Below are positions 1 to 9,408 of a DNA stretch of 64,000 nucleotides, piece by piece. The notes under the pieces were generated by a model, which saw only the letters and a list, made by a program, of their open reading frames with translations, ran no database searches and was not told the DNA's origin. The DNA is from an uncultured delta proteobacterium (GTDB lineage: Bacteria; Myxococcota_A; Polyangia; Fen-1088): contig CAVTRY010000007.1 in assembly GCA_963737265.1 (NCBI GenBank), positions 128,001-192,000 on the forward strand. The letters are read 5' to 3'. The stretch's first letter is position 1. Every line of letters begins with the position of its first letter. The translations under genes and the position numbers were made by a program.

Positions 1-361
1 CGATCTCGAAGGGTGGCGTGTCCGAGCGCGAGAAGATGGTGAGGTTCGTGCAGTGGATTTCCACGTCGCCGGTGGGCAGGTTGGGATTGCGCCGCTCGCC
101 GCGGTCGTGCACAACCCCTTGCAGGCCGATGCAGAATTCCGAGCGCAGCTCGCTTGCCAGGGTGTGAGCCTGCGCGCTGGTCTGCGGTTCGAACACGACC
201 TGCGTGATGCCGGCGCGGTCGCGCAAATCGATAAACACACATCCACCGTGATCGCGGCGGGACGAAACCCAGCCGAAAAGTACGACGGCGGAACCAACGT
301 CGCTGCTGCGCAGTGAGCCGCAGTCGTGGGTGCGCTTTAGGTCTCTTAGAAACTCGGACAT
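1..361 (-). CDS. aspS: Aspartate--tRNA ligase, N-terminal part (runs off the window)
   Basis: Manual translation (not in ORF track): MSEFLRDLKRTHDCGSLR...LFGWVSSRRDHGGCVFIDLRDRAGITQVVF...NPNLPTGDVEI...SDTPPFEI, the AspRS OB-fold N-terminus. Confidence 0.93.
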   Translation of the reverse strand, partial: MSEFLRDLKRTHDCGSLRSSDVGSAVVLFGWVSSRRDHGGCVFIDLRDRAGITQVVFEPQTSAQAHTLASELRSEFCIGLQGVVHDRGERRNPNLPTGDVEIHCTNLTIFSRSDTPPFEI

Positions 362-419
362 GTCCGGATTCTTACTGGAAGCGAGGCGCGCCGTCGACGT
401 TTCATCCGTTGCTTCGTGC

Positions 420-450
420 TTGACTGGATCGAAATTAACGATATATCTAT
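420..450 (+). promoter_or_regulatory. Candidate sigma70 promoter and PadR operator
   Basis: TTGACT followed about 16-18 nt later by AT-rich TATATCTAT; overlaps inverted repeat ATCG-N7-CGAT and near-palindrome CGATATATCT, upstream of padR. Confidence 0.4.
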
Positions 451-491
451 GACCCATCTAGAGCGGACGCGATAGTCGGACGAGGCAGATC

Positions 492-1199
492 ATGCTGGAA
501 GAACAAATCCGAGAGTTCTTGAAGGACAGGGCTGGGACTTGGGCGCGGGAGCATGCCAGCTGCGCATCTGGTTTCTGGGCCGCTGGACATGGACATGGCA
601 AGCACGCAGGCGGCGGGCCGTTCAGCCTGGGTGGCGGCGGCGCAGGCGGCGGATCGGGCGGCGGCTTTCCGCCGTTTCCTCCATTCAACGGCTTTCCGTG
701 GAATATTTTTCGTCGAACGCGGGCCAAGCGCGGCGATGTGCGCGCGGCGATTCTGTCGCTTTTGGCCGAGAAGCCGCTCAATGGTTATCAAATCATGCAA
801 GAGCTTGAGCAGCGCAGTCGCGGCTCGTGGCGGCCGAGCCCTGGTGCCGTGTATCCGGCGCTGCAGCAGCTCGAAGACGAAGGCCTGGTCCAGGCCGAGA
901 CTTCGAGCGGCGGGCGGACCTTTTCTCTCACCGAAGCGGGGCGCAAGTACGTGGGTGAGCACCCCGACGAGTTCGCGGCGCCGTGGGAGGCGGCAAACCA
1001 AACCACCAGCGACGATAGCGTGCTAGGACTGTTCGCCGAGCTGAAGCACATCGCGGCGGCAACGATTCAGGTGGTGCATGCCGGCTCCGGCAGCCAGATT
1101 CTCGAAGCGCAGAAGATTCTAAACCAGGCGCGCCGGGCGCTCTATCGCCTGCTCGCCGACGACGAGCCCGAAGAGCCAGATCACAACGAATCGGAATAA
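492..1199 (+). CDS. PadR-family transcriptional regulator with Gly-rich N-terminus
   Basis: RGDVRAAILSLLAEKPLNGYQIMQELEQRSRGSWRPSPGAVYPALQQLEDEGLV winged-helix signature. Confidence 0.92.
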   Translation: MLEEQIREFLKDRAGTWAREHASCASGFWAAGHGHGKHAGGGPFSLGGGGAGGGSGGGFPPFPPFNGFPWNIFRRTRAKRGDVRAAILSLLAEKPLNGYQIMQELEQRSRGSWRPSPGAVYPALQQLEDEGLVQAETSSGGRTFSLTEAGRKYVGEHPDEFAAPWEAANQTTSDDSVLGLFAELKHIAAATIQVVHAGSGSQILEAQKILNQARRALYRLLADDEPEEPDHNESE

Positions 1200-1212
1200 C
1201 GAATAGAACCCG

Positions 1213-1241
1213 ACCCATCCACCCATCCACCCATCCACCCA
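1213..1241. repeat. Octamer tandem repeat (ACCCATCC)x3.6
   Basis: ACCCATCC at 1213, 1221 and 1229 plus partial ACCCA, in the padR-ABC intergenic gap. Confidence 0.85.
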
Positions 1242-1251
1242 ATGGCAGACC

Positions 1252-1995
1252 ATGAAATACATCGTATCCGTCAACAACGTCGTTAAGAATTACACCTTGG
1301 GCCACGTCGTGGTGCCAGCGCTGCGCGGGGTTTCGCTCGACGTGGCTGCCGGCGAATTTCTCTCCATCGCCGGTCCCTCGGGCAGCGGAAAGACCACGCT
1401 ACTCAATCTCATCGGCTGTGTGGACACGCCCACGTCCGGCGACGTGGCCCTCGACGGCAAGCATACCGGTAGCATGTCGGAACGCGAGCTCACCCGGCTG
1501 CGCCTCAACACCATCGGCTTCATCTTTCAGAGCTTCAACCTGGTATCGGTGCTGAGCGTGTTCCAGAATATCGAGCTGCCGCTTTTGCTACAGCGTTCGG
1601 CAGGCGCGAAGGAACGCCGGACGCGCGTGGAAGCCCTCCTCGATCGGGTCGGCATTCGGGAATACCAAGGCCACCGGCCGAGCGAATTGTCCGGCGGTCA
1701 GCGCCAGCGCGTGGCCATCGCCCGCGCGCTCGTGACCCGGCCGCAGCTCGTGCTCGCCGACGAGCCGACGGCGAACCTGGACTCGGTGACGGGCACCAAC
1801 ATCTTGGATTTGATGAAAGAGCTGAACCACACCGAGAAGACGACCTTCATTTTCTCGACCCACGATGCGCGCGTGTGGTCGTACGCCAGCTCGGTGGTGC
1901 GGCTCGCCGACGGCCAGCTCGTCGATCGAGTGAGCGCCGCGGAGGCGGTTCGCGTCGGCGGCGTGGGCGACCTGCAAGGCGCGAGGACACCTTAG
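1252..1995 (+). CDS. ABC transporter ATP-binding protein (LolD/MacB-like)
   Basis: Walker A GPSGSGKT, signature LSGGQRQRVAIARAL, Walker B LADEPT. Confidence 0.95.
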   Translation: MKYIVSVNNVVKNYTLGHVVVPALRGVSLDVAAGEFLSIAGPSGSGKTTLLNLIGCVDTPTSGDVALDGKHTGSMSERELTRLRLNTIGFIFQSFNLVSVLSVFQNIELPLLLQRSAGAKERRTRVEALLDRVGIREYQGHRPSELSGGQRQRVAIARALVTRPQLVLADEPTANLDSVTGTNILDLMKELNHTEKTTFIFSTHDARVWSYASSVVRLADGQLVDRVSAAEAVRVGGVGDLQGARTP

Positions 1996-4122
1996 ATGCG
2001 CGGCTACTTCGACACGCTGAAGGTGATTGTCCTCATCGCCTTTCGCAACTTGTTCGCGAGTTGGCTCAAGACCCTCATCGTCGGCGGCATCATCCTATTC
2101 GGATCGATGCTGGTCGTCGTGGGGACGGCGCTCGTCGACAGCGTCGACACATCCATGAGCCGAAGCATCATCGGCTCCGTGGCCGGCCACATCCAGGTCT
2201 ACAATTCCAAGTCGGTGGACGAATTGGCGGTGATGGGCGACTTCCGTATGGAAGGCGCCGACCTCGATCAAATCGACGATTTCAAAGTCATGCGTGCGGC
2301 GCTGCTGTCGGTTCCCAACGTGAAGGCGGTGGTGCCCATGGGCCTGTCGGGCGCGATGGTGCCGGCCGGCAACACCGTCGACGTGGTGCTGGAGAAACTA
2401 CGCGATCTCATCCGTCGCAAACAGGCCGGCGAGGACGTGACTGTCGCCATCGAATCGCAGAAAGATCACGTGCGCCAGATCATCAGAGTGCTCGCTACCG
2501 ACATCGCCAACGTGGGCAAGATTCTGACCGACAAGGCCGTGGCGCCCGAGGAATTGGCGGCGATCCGCCGTGCGTCCGGGCCAGACTTTTGGAACGACTT
2601 CGACAAGGATCCGCTGGCCACGCTGGAATTTCTCGAAAATCGCATCGCACCCCTCGCCAGCGACGCGGACATGCTGTTCCTGCGCTACGTAGGGACCGAC
2701 CTGACTGCCTTCGCGCAGTCCTTCGATCGCATGAAGATCGTCGACGGCACGACCATTCCAGCCGGCAAGCGGGGCTTTCTCTTTTCCAAGTGGATCTACG
2801 AAGAGCAAGTCAAGCTTAAGACGGCCCACCGGCTCGATATGATTCGCGATGCCATCCTCAAGCGCGGCAAGACCATCGCCAAGGATCCCGATCTGCAGCG
2901 CTGGATCAAACAGAACTCGACCGAGGTGAAGGAGATTATGCTTCAGCTCGACGGGCAGCAGACCGCCGATTTCCGCACCAAGCTGCAACGGGAGCTGGCG
3001 AGCCAGGAAAGCGACGTGAGCAAGCTGCTGTCGGAGCTCTTCCGCGTCGACGACGGCAATGTCATGCGCCGCTATAAATTCTTCTACGATGAGCTCGCGC
3101 CGTCGCTCACGCTCTACCGCGTGCGCGTCGGCGACACCTTGACCATCAAGGCGTTCACCAAGAGCGGCTACGTCCAGTCGGTGAACCTGCGCGTGTACGG
3201 AACGTTTGCATTCGAGGGGCTGGAGGACTCGCACCTTGCGGGCGAGCTGAACCTGATGGACATGGTGTCGTTCCGCGAGCTCTACGGATTTTCGACTCCC
3301 GAGCGCGACCGCGAGATCGAGGCGCTCAAGGTCACGGCCGGCCTCAAGGAGATCGACAGAAGCAACGCCGAGGACGAAATGTTTGGCGCCAAGCCAGCTT
3401 TGGCCGACCAACCCGCGGTCGCGGCAAAGGCCGTCACCAATGCCGATGCCGATGCGGTCCTGCGCGGCCTCGCCGGCAAAAACAAGCGCGAGAAACGTGA
3501 GGATCAGGCTTACGATCCCACGCAACTAGGCCAAGGTGTGGTGCTGAACGCCGCGGTCATCGTAAAGGATCCGCGCAAGATTCGCCAGACCATGGCGGAG
3601 ATCGAAGCGGCCGGAACCAGAGCCGGGTTGACCCTGAAAGCCATCGACTGGCAGAAGGCCTCCGGGCTCGTCGGCCAGTTCGTGACCATGATCAGAGCCG
3701 TTCTCTACATATCGGTTCTGATCATCTTCGCAGTGGCGCTCGTCATTATCAACAACGCGCTTGTCATGGCGACGCTCGAACGCATCGGGGAAATCGGCAC
3801 CTTGCGCGCGGTCGGGGCGCAGCGCCGGTTCCTGCTTGGCATGTTGCTGGTCGAGTCGCTCGCGGTCGGGGCCCTGTTCGGCGGCATCGGTTCGGCGCTG
3901 GGCGCTGGCATCGTGGCCATTCTGCGCCTGGTCGGCATTCCCGCCTTCAACGACATCTTTTACTTTTTCTTCTCGGGCCCGCGCCTTCATCCCGGGCTTT
4001 CGCTAAGCAATGTCGGAATCGCTCTCGCCATCGTGTTGGTGGTGAGTGGCGCGTCCAGTATTTATCCCGGATTCCTGGCCATGCGGGTGAGCCCGCGCCA
4101 GGCGATGCAATCGGACGAGTGA
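1996..4122 (+). CDS. ABC transporter permease, FtsX/MacB family, large periplasmic domain
   Basis: N-terminal TM helix, C-terminal ERIGEIGTLRAVGA motif plus three TM helices. Confidence 0.9.
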   Translation: MRGYFDTLKVIVLIAFRNLFASWLKTLIVGGIILFGSMLVVVGTALVDSVDTSMSRSIIGSVAGHIQVYNSKSVDELAVMGDFRMEGADLDQIDDFKVMRAALLSVPNVKAVVPMGLSGAMVPAGNTVDVVLEKLRDLIRRKQAGEDVTVAIESQKDHVRQIIRVLATDIANVGKILTDKAVAPEELAAIRRASGPDFWNDFDKDPLATLEFLENRIAPLASDADMLFLRYVGTDLTAFAQSFDRMKIVDGTTIPAGKRGFLFSKWIYEEQVKLKTAHRLDMIRDAILKRGKTIAKDPDLQRWIKQNSTEVKEIMLQLDGQQTADFRTKLQRELASQESDVSKLLSELFRVDDGNVMRRYKFFYDELAPSLTLYRVRVGDTLTIKAFTKSGYVQSVNLRVYGTFAFEGLEDSHLAGELNLMDMVSFRELYGFSTPERDREIEALKVTAGLKEIDRSNAEDEMFGAKPALADQPAVAAKAVTNADADAVLRGLAGKNKREKREDQAYDPTQLGQGVVLNAAVIVKDPRKIRQTMAEIEAAGTRAGLTLKAIDWQKASGLVGQFVTMIRAVLYISVLIIFAVALVIINNALVMATLERIGEIGTLRAVGAQRRFLLGMLLVESLAVGALFGGIGSALGAGIVAILRLVGIPAFNDIFYFFFSGPRLHPGLSLSNVGIALAIVLVVSGASSIYPGFLAMRVSPRQAMQSDE

Positions 4123-5444
4123 CCATCATGAGCAACCTATTTCTCGATTTCCGAATCGCGCTTCGTAGTCTGTTCCAGCACCGCCGGCGCACCTTCTTCC
4201 TCGTCGCCGCCATCGCGGGCGTGACCGGACTTCTGGTCTTGCTCAACGCACTTTCGACCGGGATCAGCGAAACCATGGTGCGCGCCGCGACGACGCTGTC
4301 CAGCGGTCACGTCAACGTGGGCGGCTTCTTCAAGGTGACCTCGAACCAGTCCGGTCCGGTCGTGACCGAATTCGCCAAGGTGGTCAAAGTCGTCGAGCAG
4401 AACGTGCCCGAGCTTGAGCATTGGGTCCATCGTGGCCGCGGCTGGGCCAAGATCATCTCCGATTCCGGATCGATTCAAGCGGGCGTGACGGGCATCGAAA
4501 TCAAGAACGAGCCCGACTTCAAACGGGTCATTCGCTTGGTGAGCGGACGACTCGAAGATTTGTCGGAGCCCAACACCATCATGGTCTTCGAATCGCAAAT
4601 CGAGCGCTTGAAGGTCAAGGTGGGCGATGCCGTCACGCTGTCGGCTCAGACCAACCGCGGGGCTGCCAACACCGTCGACGTCCGCGTCGTCGCCATCGCC
4701 AAGGACATGGGGCTCATGAGCAAGTTCGGCACCTTTGTGCCCATCGATACGACGCGCGCGCTTTACCAACTGCGCCCGGACACCACGGGAGTGATCCAAC
4801 TCTATTTGAAGCCAGCGTACATCTCGCAGGTAAACGAGATCGCCGGGCGCCTGCGTGGCACGCTGGAAAAGGCCGGCTACAGCGTGATGGATGCGGACGC
4901 CAATCCTTTCTGGATGAAGTTCCAAACCGTAAACCGCGAGGATTGGACCGGGCAGAAGCTGGACGTGACCACGTGGGAGGACGAAGTGTCGTTCCTGACC
5001 TGGACCCTGAAGGTCATCAATGTGCTCAAAGTGGTGCTGCTCACCATCCTGATCGCCATCGTCATCACCGGCATCATGAACACCATGTGGATTGCCATTC
5101 GCGAACGCACGCGCGAAATCGGCACCTTGCGCGCCATCGGCATGCAGCGTGGCGGAGTGCTGCGCATGTTCCTATTCGAATCATTCCAGATGGGCGTGAT
5201 CGGCACGGCCACGGGCGCGCTGGTCGGAACGGTAATCGCGATGTTGGTCAACGCCGCCAACATTCACGTGCCGCTGTCGGTGCAGTTGTTCCTGATGTCG
5301 GACCAGGTGCATCTGGCCATTCACATCTCGGCGCTGGGCGAGTCGGCGCTCATGATCACCATCATCACCACCCTGGCCGCGCTCTATCCCGCCTATCGGG
5401 CGGCGCGCTTGCCGCCTGTGTCCGCCATGTCCCACTTCGGCTAG
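4119..5444 (+). CDS. ABC transporter permease, FtsX/LolE family
   Basis: RERTREIGTLRAIGM motif; C-terminal YPAYRAARLPP. Confidence 0.92.
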   Translation: MTIMSNLFLDFRIALRSLFQHRRRTFFLVAAIAGVTGLLVLLNALSTGISETMVRAATTLSSGHVNVGGFFKVTSNQSGPVVTEFAKVVKVVEQNVPELEHWVHRGRGWAKIISDSGSIQAGVTGIEIKNEPDFKRVIRLVSGRLEDLSEPNTIMVFESQIERLKVKVGDAVTLSAQTNRGAANTVDVRVVAIAKDMGLMSKFGTFVPIDTTRALYQLRPDTTGVIQLYLKPAYISQVNEIAGRLRGTLEKAGYSVMDADANPFWMKFQTVNREDWTGQKLDVTTWEDEVSFLTWTLKVINVLKVVLLTILIAIVITGIMNTMWIAIRERTREIGTLRAIGMQRGGVLRMFLFESFQMGVIGTATGALVGTVIAMLVNAANIHVPLSVQLFLMSDQVHLAIHISALGESALMITIITTLAALYPAYRAARLPPVSAMSHFG

Positions 5445-5468
5445 TCTCGAAATACTGAAGGAGCAATC

Positions 5469-6254
5469 ATGTCGAGAGTTCGCATTCCTTACGTGGCCGC
5501 GGCCCTGCTTGCATCGTTTGTGGTCCCGAGCATCGCCCAAGCGCTGACCCAACAAGAGCTGGTCGAGGTTTTGAAAGCCGTCGACGACCGGCAACGCAAT
5601 CAGGGCGACTGGCGCTCCCTGATTTACATGGAGCAGAAGGAGAAGGGGAAGGTCGACGTGGCCTACGAGGCCCTGGTGTTTCGGCGCAGCCAGGATCAGA
5701 AGTTCATCATCCTTTTCAGCAAGCCCAAGGCCTCGCAGGGGCAGGGCTACCTGCGCATCGACCAGAACCTATGGTTCTACGATCCATCGGTGGGCAAGTG
5801 GGAGCGCCGAACCGAGCGCGAGCGCATCGGCGGAACCAACTCGCGGCGCTCGGACTTCGACGAATCGCGCCTGGCACAAGAATACGATCCCGAGGACAAC
5901 GGCGAAGCCAAGCTCGGGGCGTACACCGCGCAGGTCATGACCTTGAAGGGAAAGCCGGGCATCGATCTGGCGTTTCCCATGATGAAATTGTGGGTCGACA
6001 AGGAAACCAAGAACGTGCTCAAACGGCAGGAATTTGCGCTGTCCGGGAAGCTGCTGCGCACGTCGTACTATCCCAAGTGGAAGAAGGCCTACAGCGAATC
6101 CAGGAAGATGGATGTGTGGTATCCGGAGGAAATGCGTTTTTACGACGAGGTCGAAAAGGCGAACTCGACGCTGATTCTGGTCAAGACCGTGGACATGAAA
6201 CCGCTCGAGGCGAACTTGTTCACCAAGGCTTGGTTGGAGAGCAAGAGTCGATGA
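5469..6254 (+). CDS. Outer membrane lipoprotein-sorting (LolA-like) protein
   Basis: Signal peptide; GQGYLRIDQNLWFYDP and GTNSRRSDF resemble the LolA-like family; operon context. Confidence 0.8.
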   Translation: MSRVRIPYVAAALLASFVVPSIAQALTQQELVEVLKAVDDRQRNQGDWRSLIYMEQKEKGKVDVAYEALVFRRSQDQKFIILFSKPKASQGQGYLRIDQNLWFYDPSVGKWERRTERERIGGTNSRRSDFDESRLAQEYDPEDNGEAKLGAYTAQVMTLKGKPGIDLAFPMMKLWVDKETKNVLKRQEFALSGKLLRTSYYPKWKKAYSESRKMDVWYPEEMRFYDEVEKANSTLILVKTVDMKPLEANLFTKAWLESKSR

Positions 6255-7834
6255 AGCGGACGGCGCTCGGGCTTGGCGTCGTCGGGGTATTTCTGTTGGC
6301 GGGGGCCGCGTGGGCGGAAGAGCGGCCGGCCGAGGAAGACATGTTCGGCGGGGCCGGGCAGACGGCGACGCCCACCGCCACGACTACAGCCACGCCTACG
6401 AGTACAGCAACCGACACGGGAACGGAAACGGGCACTGCGCTCGATGCGCGAGACAGTCTGAATCTGGGAGATCCGAACGCGGGAACGCGACTTTCCGCGG
6501 ACGTAGCGCCAGACGATCCGCTGAAGATCGGCGGCCAGTTCTACTGGCGCGTGATCAGCTCGGGCCAGCAAGGGAAGGCGCCGCAGAATTTCAGCCTTTC
6601 CGCTCCGGCACTGCTGGACGTGTTCATGGATGCGCGGCCGAACGATCGTGTGCGTGCCTTCGTGCTCGGCCGCATGACCTACGACCCGACCTTGCCGCCC
6701 AACGGAACGACGACGTCAGCAGCCAGCAGTGCGGTGGGTGGAGGAGCTTCAGACAGCACCTCGCTCAGCTCTGTGTTTGGCCAGCCGACGCGCGGACCGA
6801 CGGTGGTGCTTGACCAGATGTGGCTGCGTTTCGATCTTCTGCACACCGTGTTCGTGACCGCGGGCAAGCAGCATGTGCGATGGGGAACCGCCCGCTTCTG
6901 GACGCCCACAGACTACCTGCATTTGTCGCCGCTCAATCCTCTACTGCCATTCGACCCGCGCACCGGAACCACGATGTTGAAGCTGCAACTACCCTGGGAA
7001 AAGCGCGGGTGGAACTTCTACGCCTACGCCTTGCCCGAAGCAGCTACGGCGACGCCGACGACAGGTGACATCGCTGGCGCTGTGCGCGCGGAAGTTGTGC
7101 TAGGCACCTTCGAAGGTGGCGTCGGTGTTTTCGGCCAGCGCAACAGCAAAGCCAAGTTCGCCGGAGATTTTTCCTTCGGTGTTTGGGACCTCGATTTTTA
7201 TGGCGAAGCAGCGCTGCGAAACGCTGCTGACGTGGATTTCGTGCAGTACAAGGCACTGGATGCGTCACTACCAGCCTGCACGTCTGACACGCAGCAGCTC
7301 CCCCTTCCCACGTTGGTGGCGCAGTATTATCAAGCCGTGTCCGGCTCCGGCTGGAAACCCCAAGTCACCGGAGGCGTCTCCTATACACGTCAGTACGCCG
7401 ACAAGGACACCTTCACGGTCGGGGCCGAGTACTTCTACAACGGGCTTGGCTATTCCACTCCAAAGGACTATCCCGGCCTGATCATCCCCCGCACTCCGCC
7501 GCTGAGGAATCCCGCGACCTTCTTCTACTTAGGTCGTCAGTACGTCGGCGTTTTCGCGACGGCGCCTGCGCCCTATTCCTGGGACAACACCACCTTTACC
7601 TTCTCCACGCTGGCCAATTTGACCGACCGGTCGGCCATCACCCGCCTCGACTATTCGCTGACCGTGCTCACACACGTACGCTTTGAAGCATACGGGGCGG
7701 TCCACTACGGCCAGAAGAACGGCGAGTTTCGCTTTGGCTTTGACAGCAACGATTTGCCCTGCCCACCCAAGACACCGATCGACGTCGCCCCCGCCCTCTT
7801 CGATGTCGGCGTGGGGCTGCGCGTTGCGCTCTAG
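6251..7834 (+). CDS. Putative outer membrane beta-barrel protein
   Basis: Start at MKRTALG (ATGA overlap with upstream gene), signal peptide, Thr-rich linker, GKQHVRWGTARFWTPTD motif, C-terminal beta strand. Confidence 0.7.
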   Translation: MKRTALGLGVVGVFLLAGAAWAEERPAEEDMFGGAGQTATPTATTTATPTSTATDTGTETGTALDARDSLNLGDPNAGTRLSADVAPDDPLKIGGQFYWRVISSGQQGKAPQNFSLSAPALLDVFMDARPNDRVRAFVLGRMTYDPTLPPNGTTTSAASSAVGGGASDSTSLSSVFGQPTRGPTVVLDQMWLRFDLLHTVFVTAGKQHVRWGTARFWTPTDYLHLSPLNPLLPFDPRTGTTMLKLQLPWEKRGWNFYAYALPEAATATPTTGDIAGAVRAEVVLGTFEGGVGVFGQRNSKAKFAGDFSFGVWDLDFYGEAALRNAADVDFVQYKALDASLPACTSDTQQLPLPTLVAQYYQAVSGSGWKPQVTGGVSYTRQYADKDTFTVGAEYFYNGLGYSTPKDYPGLIIPRTPPLRNPATFFYLGRQYVGVFATAPAPYSWDNTTFTFSTLANLTDRSAITRLDYSLTVLTHVRFEAYGAVHYGQKNGEFRFGFDSNDLPCPPKTPIDVAPALFDVGVGLRVAL

Positions 7835-7900
7835 CTTTGCACGCGATCGCACTTGACGAGCCGCCCCGGATGCTGCACCTTCTTCCCTCCTAATACGTGA

Positions 7901-7974
<74 letters not shown>

Positions 7975-8138
7975 CAAAGAAAAGCGGCTTCAGCGAAAGC
8001 TGGGGTCGTAATTCTTGTTCCGCGTTTCACGACGTGGGATGATGGAGGAAATCGGGTGCCTTGGTTTGGATCTGCGCGCCACCCGCCGACCGAAGTGAAC
8101 GAGAGAATGGATACCGCGCGATCCGACGAAGGAAAATC

Positions 8139-8471
8139 ATGGGAAAGAGACTGTACGTAGGGAATCTGTCGTATTCTACAACCGAGCTCGACCTCCGCGA
8201 CCTGTTCGCGAAGTTCGGCACCGTCGCTGACGCAAAGTTGGTGATGGATCGCGACACCGGCCGCCCGCGCGGATTCGGCTTCGTGGAAATGTCGACCGAC
8301 AGCGAGGCGACCGAAGCAATCAATGGCCTCAACGGTCAGGATTGCCAGGGTCGCGCCTTGGCCGTGAACGAAGCGCGTGAGCGCACTGGCGGTGGCGGTG
8401 GCGGTGGCGGTGGCGGCGGCGGTGGTGGTCGCGGCGGTCGTGGCGGTGGCGGCGGCGGCGGTCGCTGGTAG
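8139..8471 (+). CDS. RRM RNA-binding protein with poly-Gly tail
   Basis: RNP2 LYVGNL, RNP1 RGFGFVEM, Gly-rich C-terminus. Confidence 0.95.
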   Translation: MGKRLYVGNLSYSTTELDLRDLFAKFGTVADAKLVMDRDTGRPRGFGFVEMSTDSEATEAINGLNGQDCQGRALAVNEARERTGGGGGGGGGGGGGGRGGRGGGGGGGRW

Positions 8472-8493
8472 TCTGGTTGTAACAAACTGACGG

Positions 8494-8532
8494 TTTTCCC
8501 TCGGTACCCTCTTGCAGGGAACCGAGGGTTTT
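8494..8532. terminator. Intrinsic terminator-like hairpin between convergent genes
   Basis: CCCTCGGT...ACCGAGGG stem followed by TTTT. Confidence 0.65.
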
Positions 8533-8584
8533 GCCGTGTCCAGCGCTCGTGGAGGCCGCTGGCTTGGCCAGGGAAGACGCGATT

Positions 8585-9373
8585 TCAGCCGATGGCGAAC
8601 GCGCCGTACCCGACCACGCGATTGCGTGGGCCCGCGGTGTCGCCGGAGTTGCGCAGGTCGAGGGTCAGGCAGGAAAGCCCCTTGCGCGACGCGATGGCCA
8701 GCAACGCGTTGACGCCAGTGGCGCCGCAGGCTTGATCGTGATCGATCCCCTCCGCGGCGAGTTGCTCCAGGGCCCTTGCCGTGGCGGCGTCCAAGCGCTG
8801 CGCGCTGGCGTAGTCGTGGTAGTGGCTTAGGTCCGAGCTGATGACGATGGCGGTTTCGCTTTCGCCCCAAAGATGGGCCAGCGCGCGTTCGGCCGCCTGC
8901 GCGTCGTCATCGCCGGCCAACAAAGGCACCACGCGCGCGTCGGGGAAAACGAGCTTGAGGAAGGGCAGATGCACCTCTAGGCTGTGCTCGTTTTCGTGCG
9001 CCGGATCGAATTCGCGCGCAAGTCCCGCCTTCACCAACCCGGTCACGGCGTCGCGATCGACGGCAACCGGTCCAAGCGGTGTCTCGAACGCGACGGCGCC
9101 GCTGGCGGCCACGCCCGAAAACCCTACGCGGTGGGACGGGCCGAATAAGACCACGCGTTCGATCTCCTCTGCTCGCGCCGACAGCGCGGCGTAAGCCGTG
9201 CCCGCGACTGGCCCGGAGTAGATGTAGCCCGCGTGCGGCGCGATCACAGCCTTGGGCGGCGTAGGGATTGCAGGTGGAGCGGCCCCGACGAGATAGGATT
9301 TAACCGACGCGGCAAGCTCTTGCGGCTTGTCGGAATAAAACATGCCTGCGAAGGCTGGGGCGCGCACGCGCAT
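8585..9373 (-). CDS. amrB: AmmeMemoRadiSam system protein B (MEMO1 family)
   Basis: RAPAFAGMFY, PHAGYIYSG, GPSH, EHSLEVHLPFL, SSDLSHY, VVGYGA. Confidence 0.93.
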   Translation of the reverse strand: MRVRAPAFAGMFYSDKPQELAASVKSYLVGAAPPAIPTPPKAVIAPHAGYIYSGPVAGTAYAALSARAEEIERVVLFGPSHRVGFSGVAASGAVAFETPLGPVAVDRDAVTGLVKAGLAREFDPAHENEHSLEVHLPFLKLVFPDARVVPLLAGDDDAQAAERALAHLWGESETAIVISSDLSHYHDYASAQRLDAATARALEQLAAEGIDHDQACGATGVNALLAIASRKGLSCLTLDLRNSGDTAGPRNRVVGYGAFAIG

Positions 9374-9408
9374 GCCATACTCTACCGCGAATCTAGGTGA
9401 GGAACAGG

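Noticed and set aside
8388-8463. GGTGGC repeats as a separate repeat element
   Set aside because: They encode the poly-Gly tail of the RRM protein
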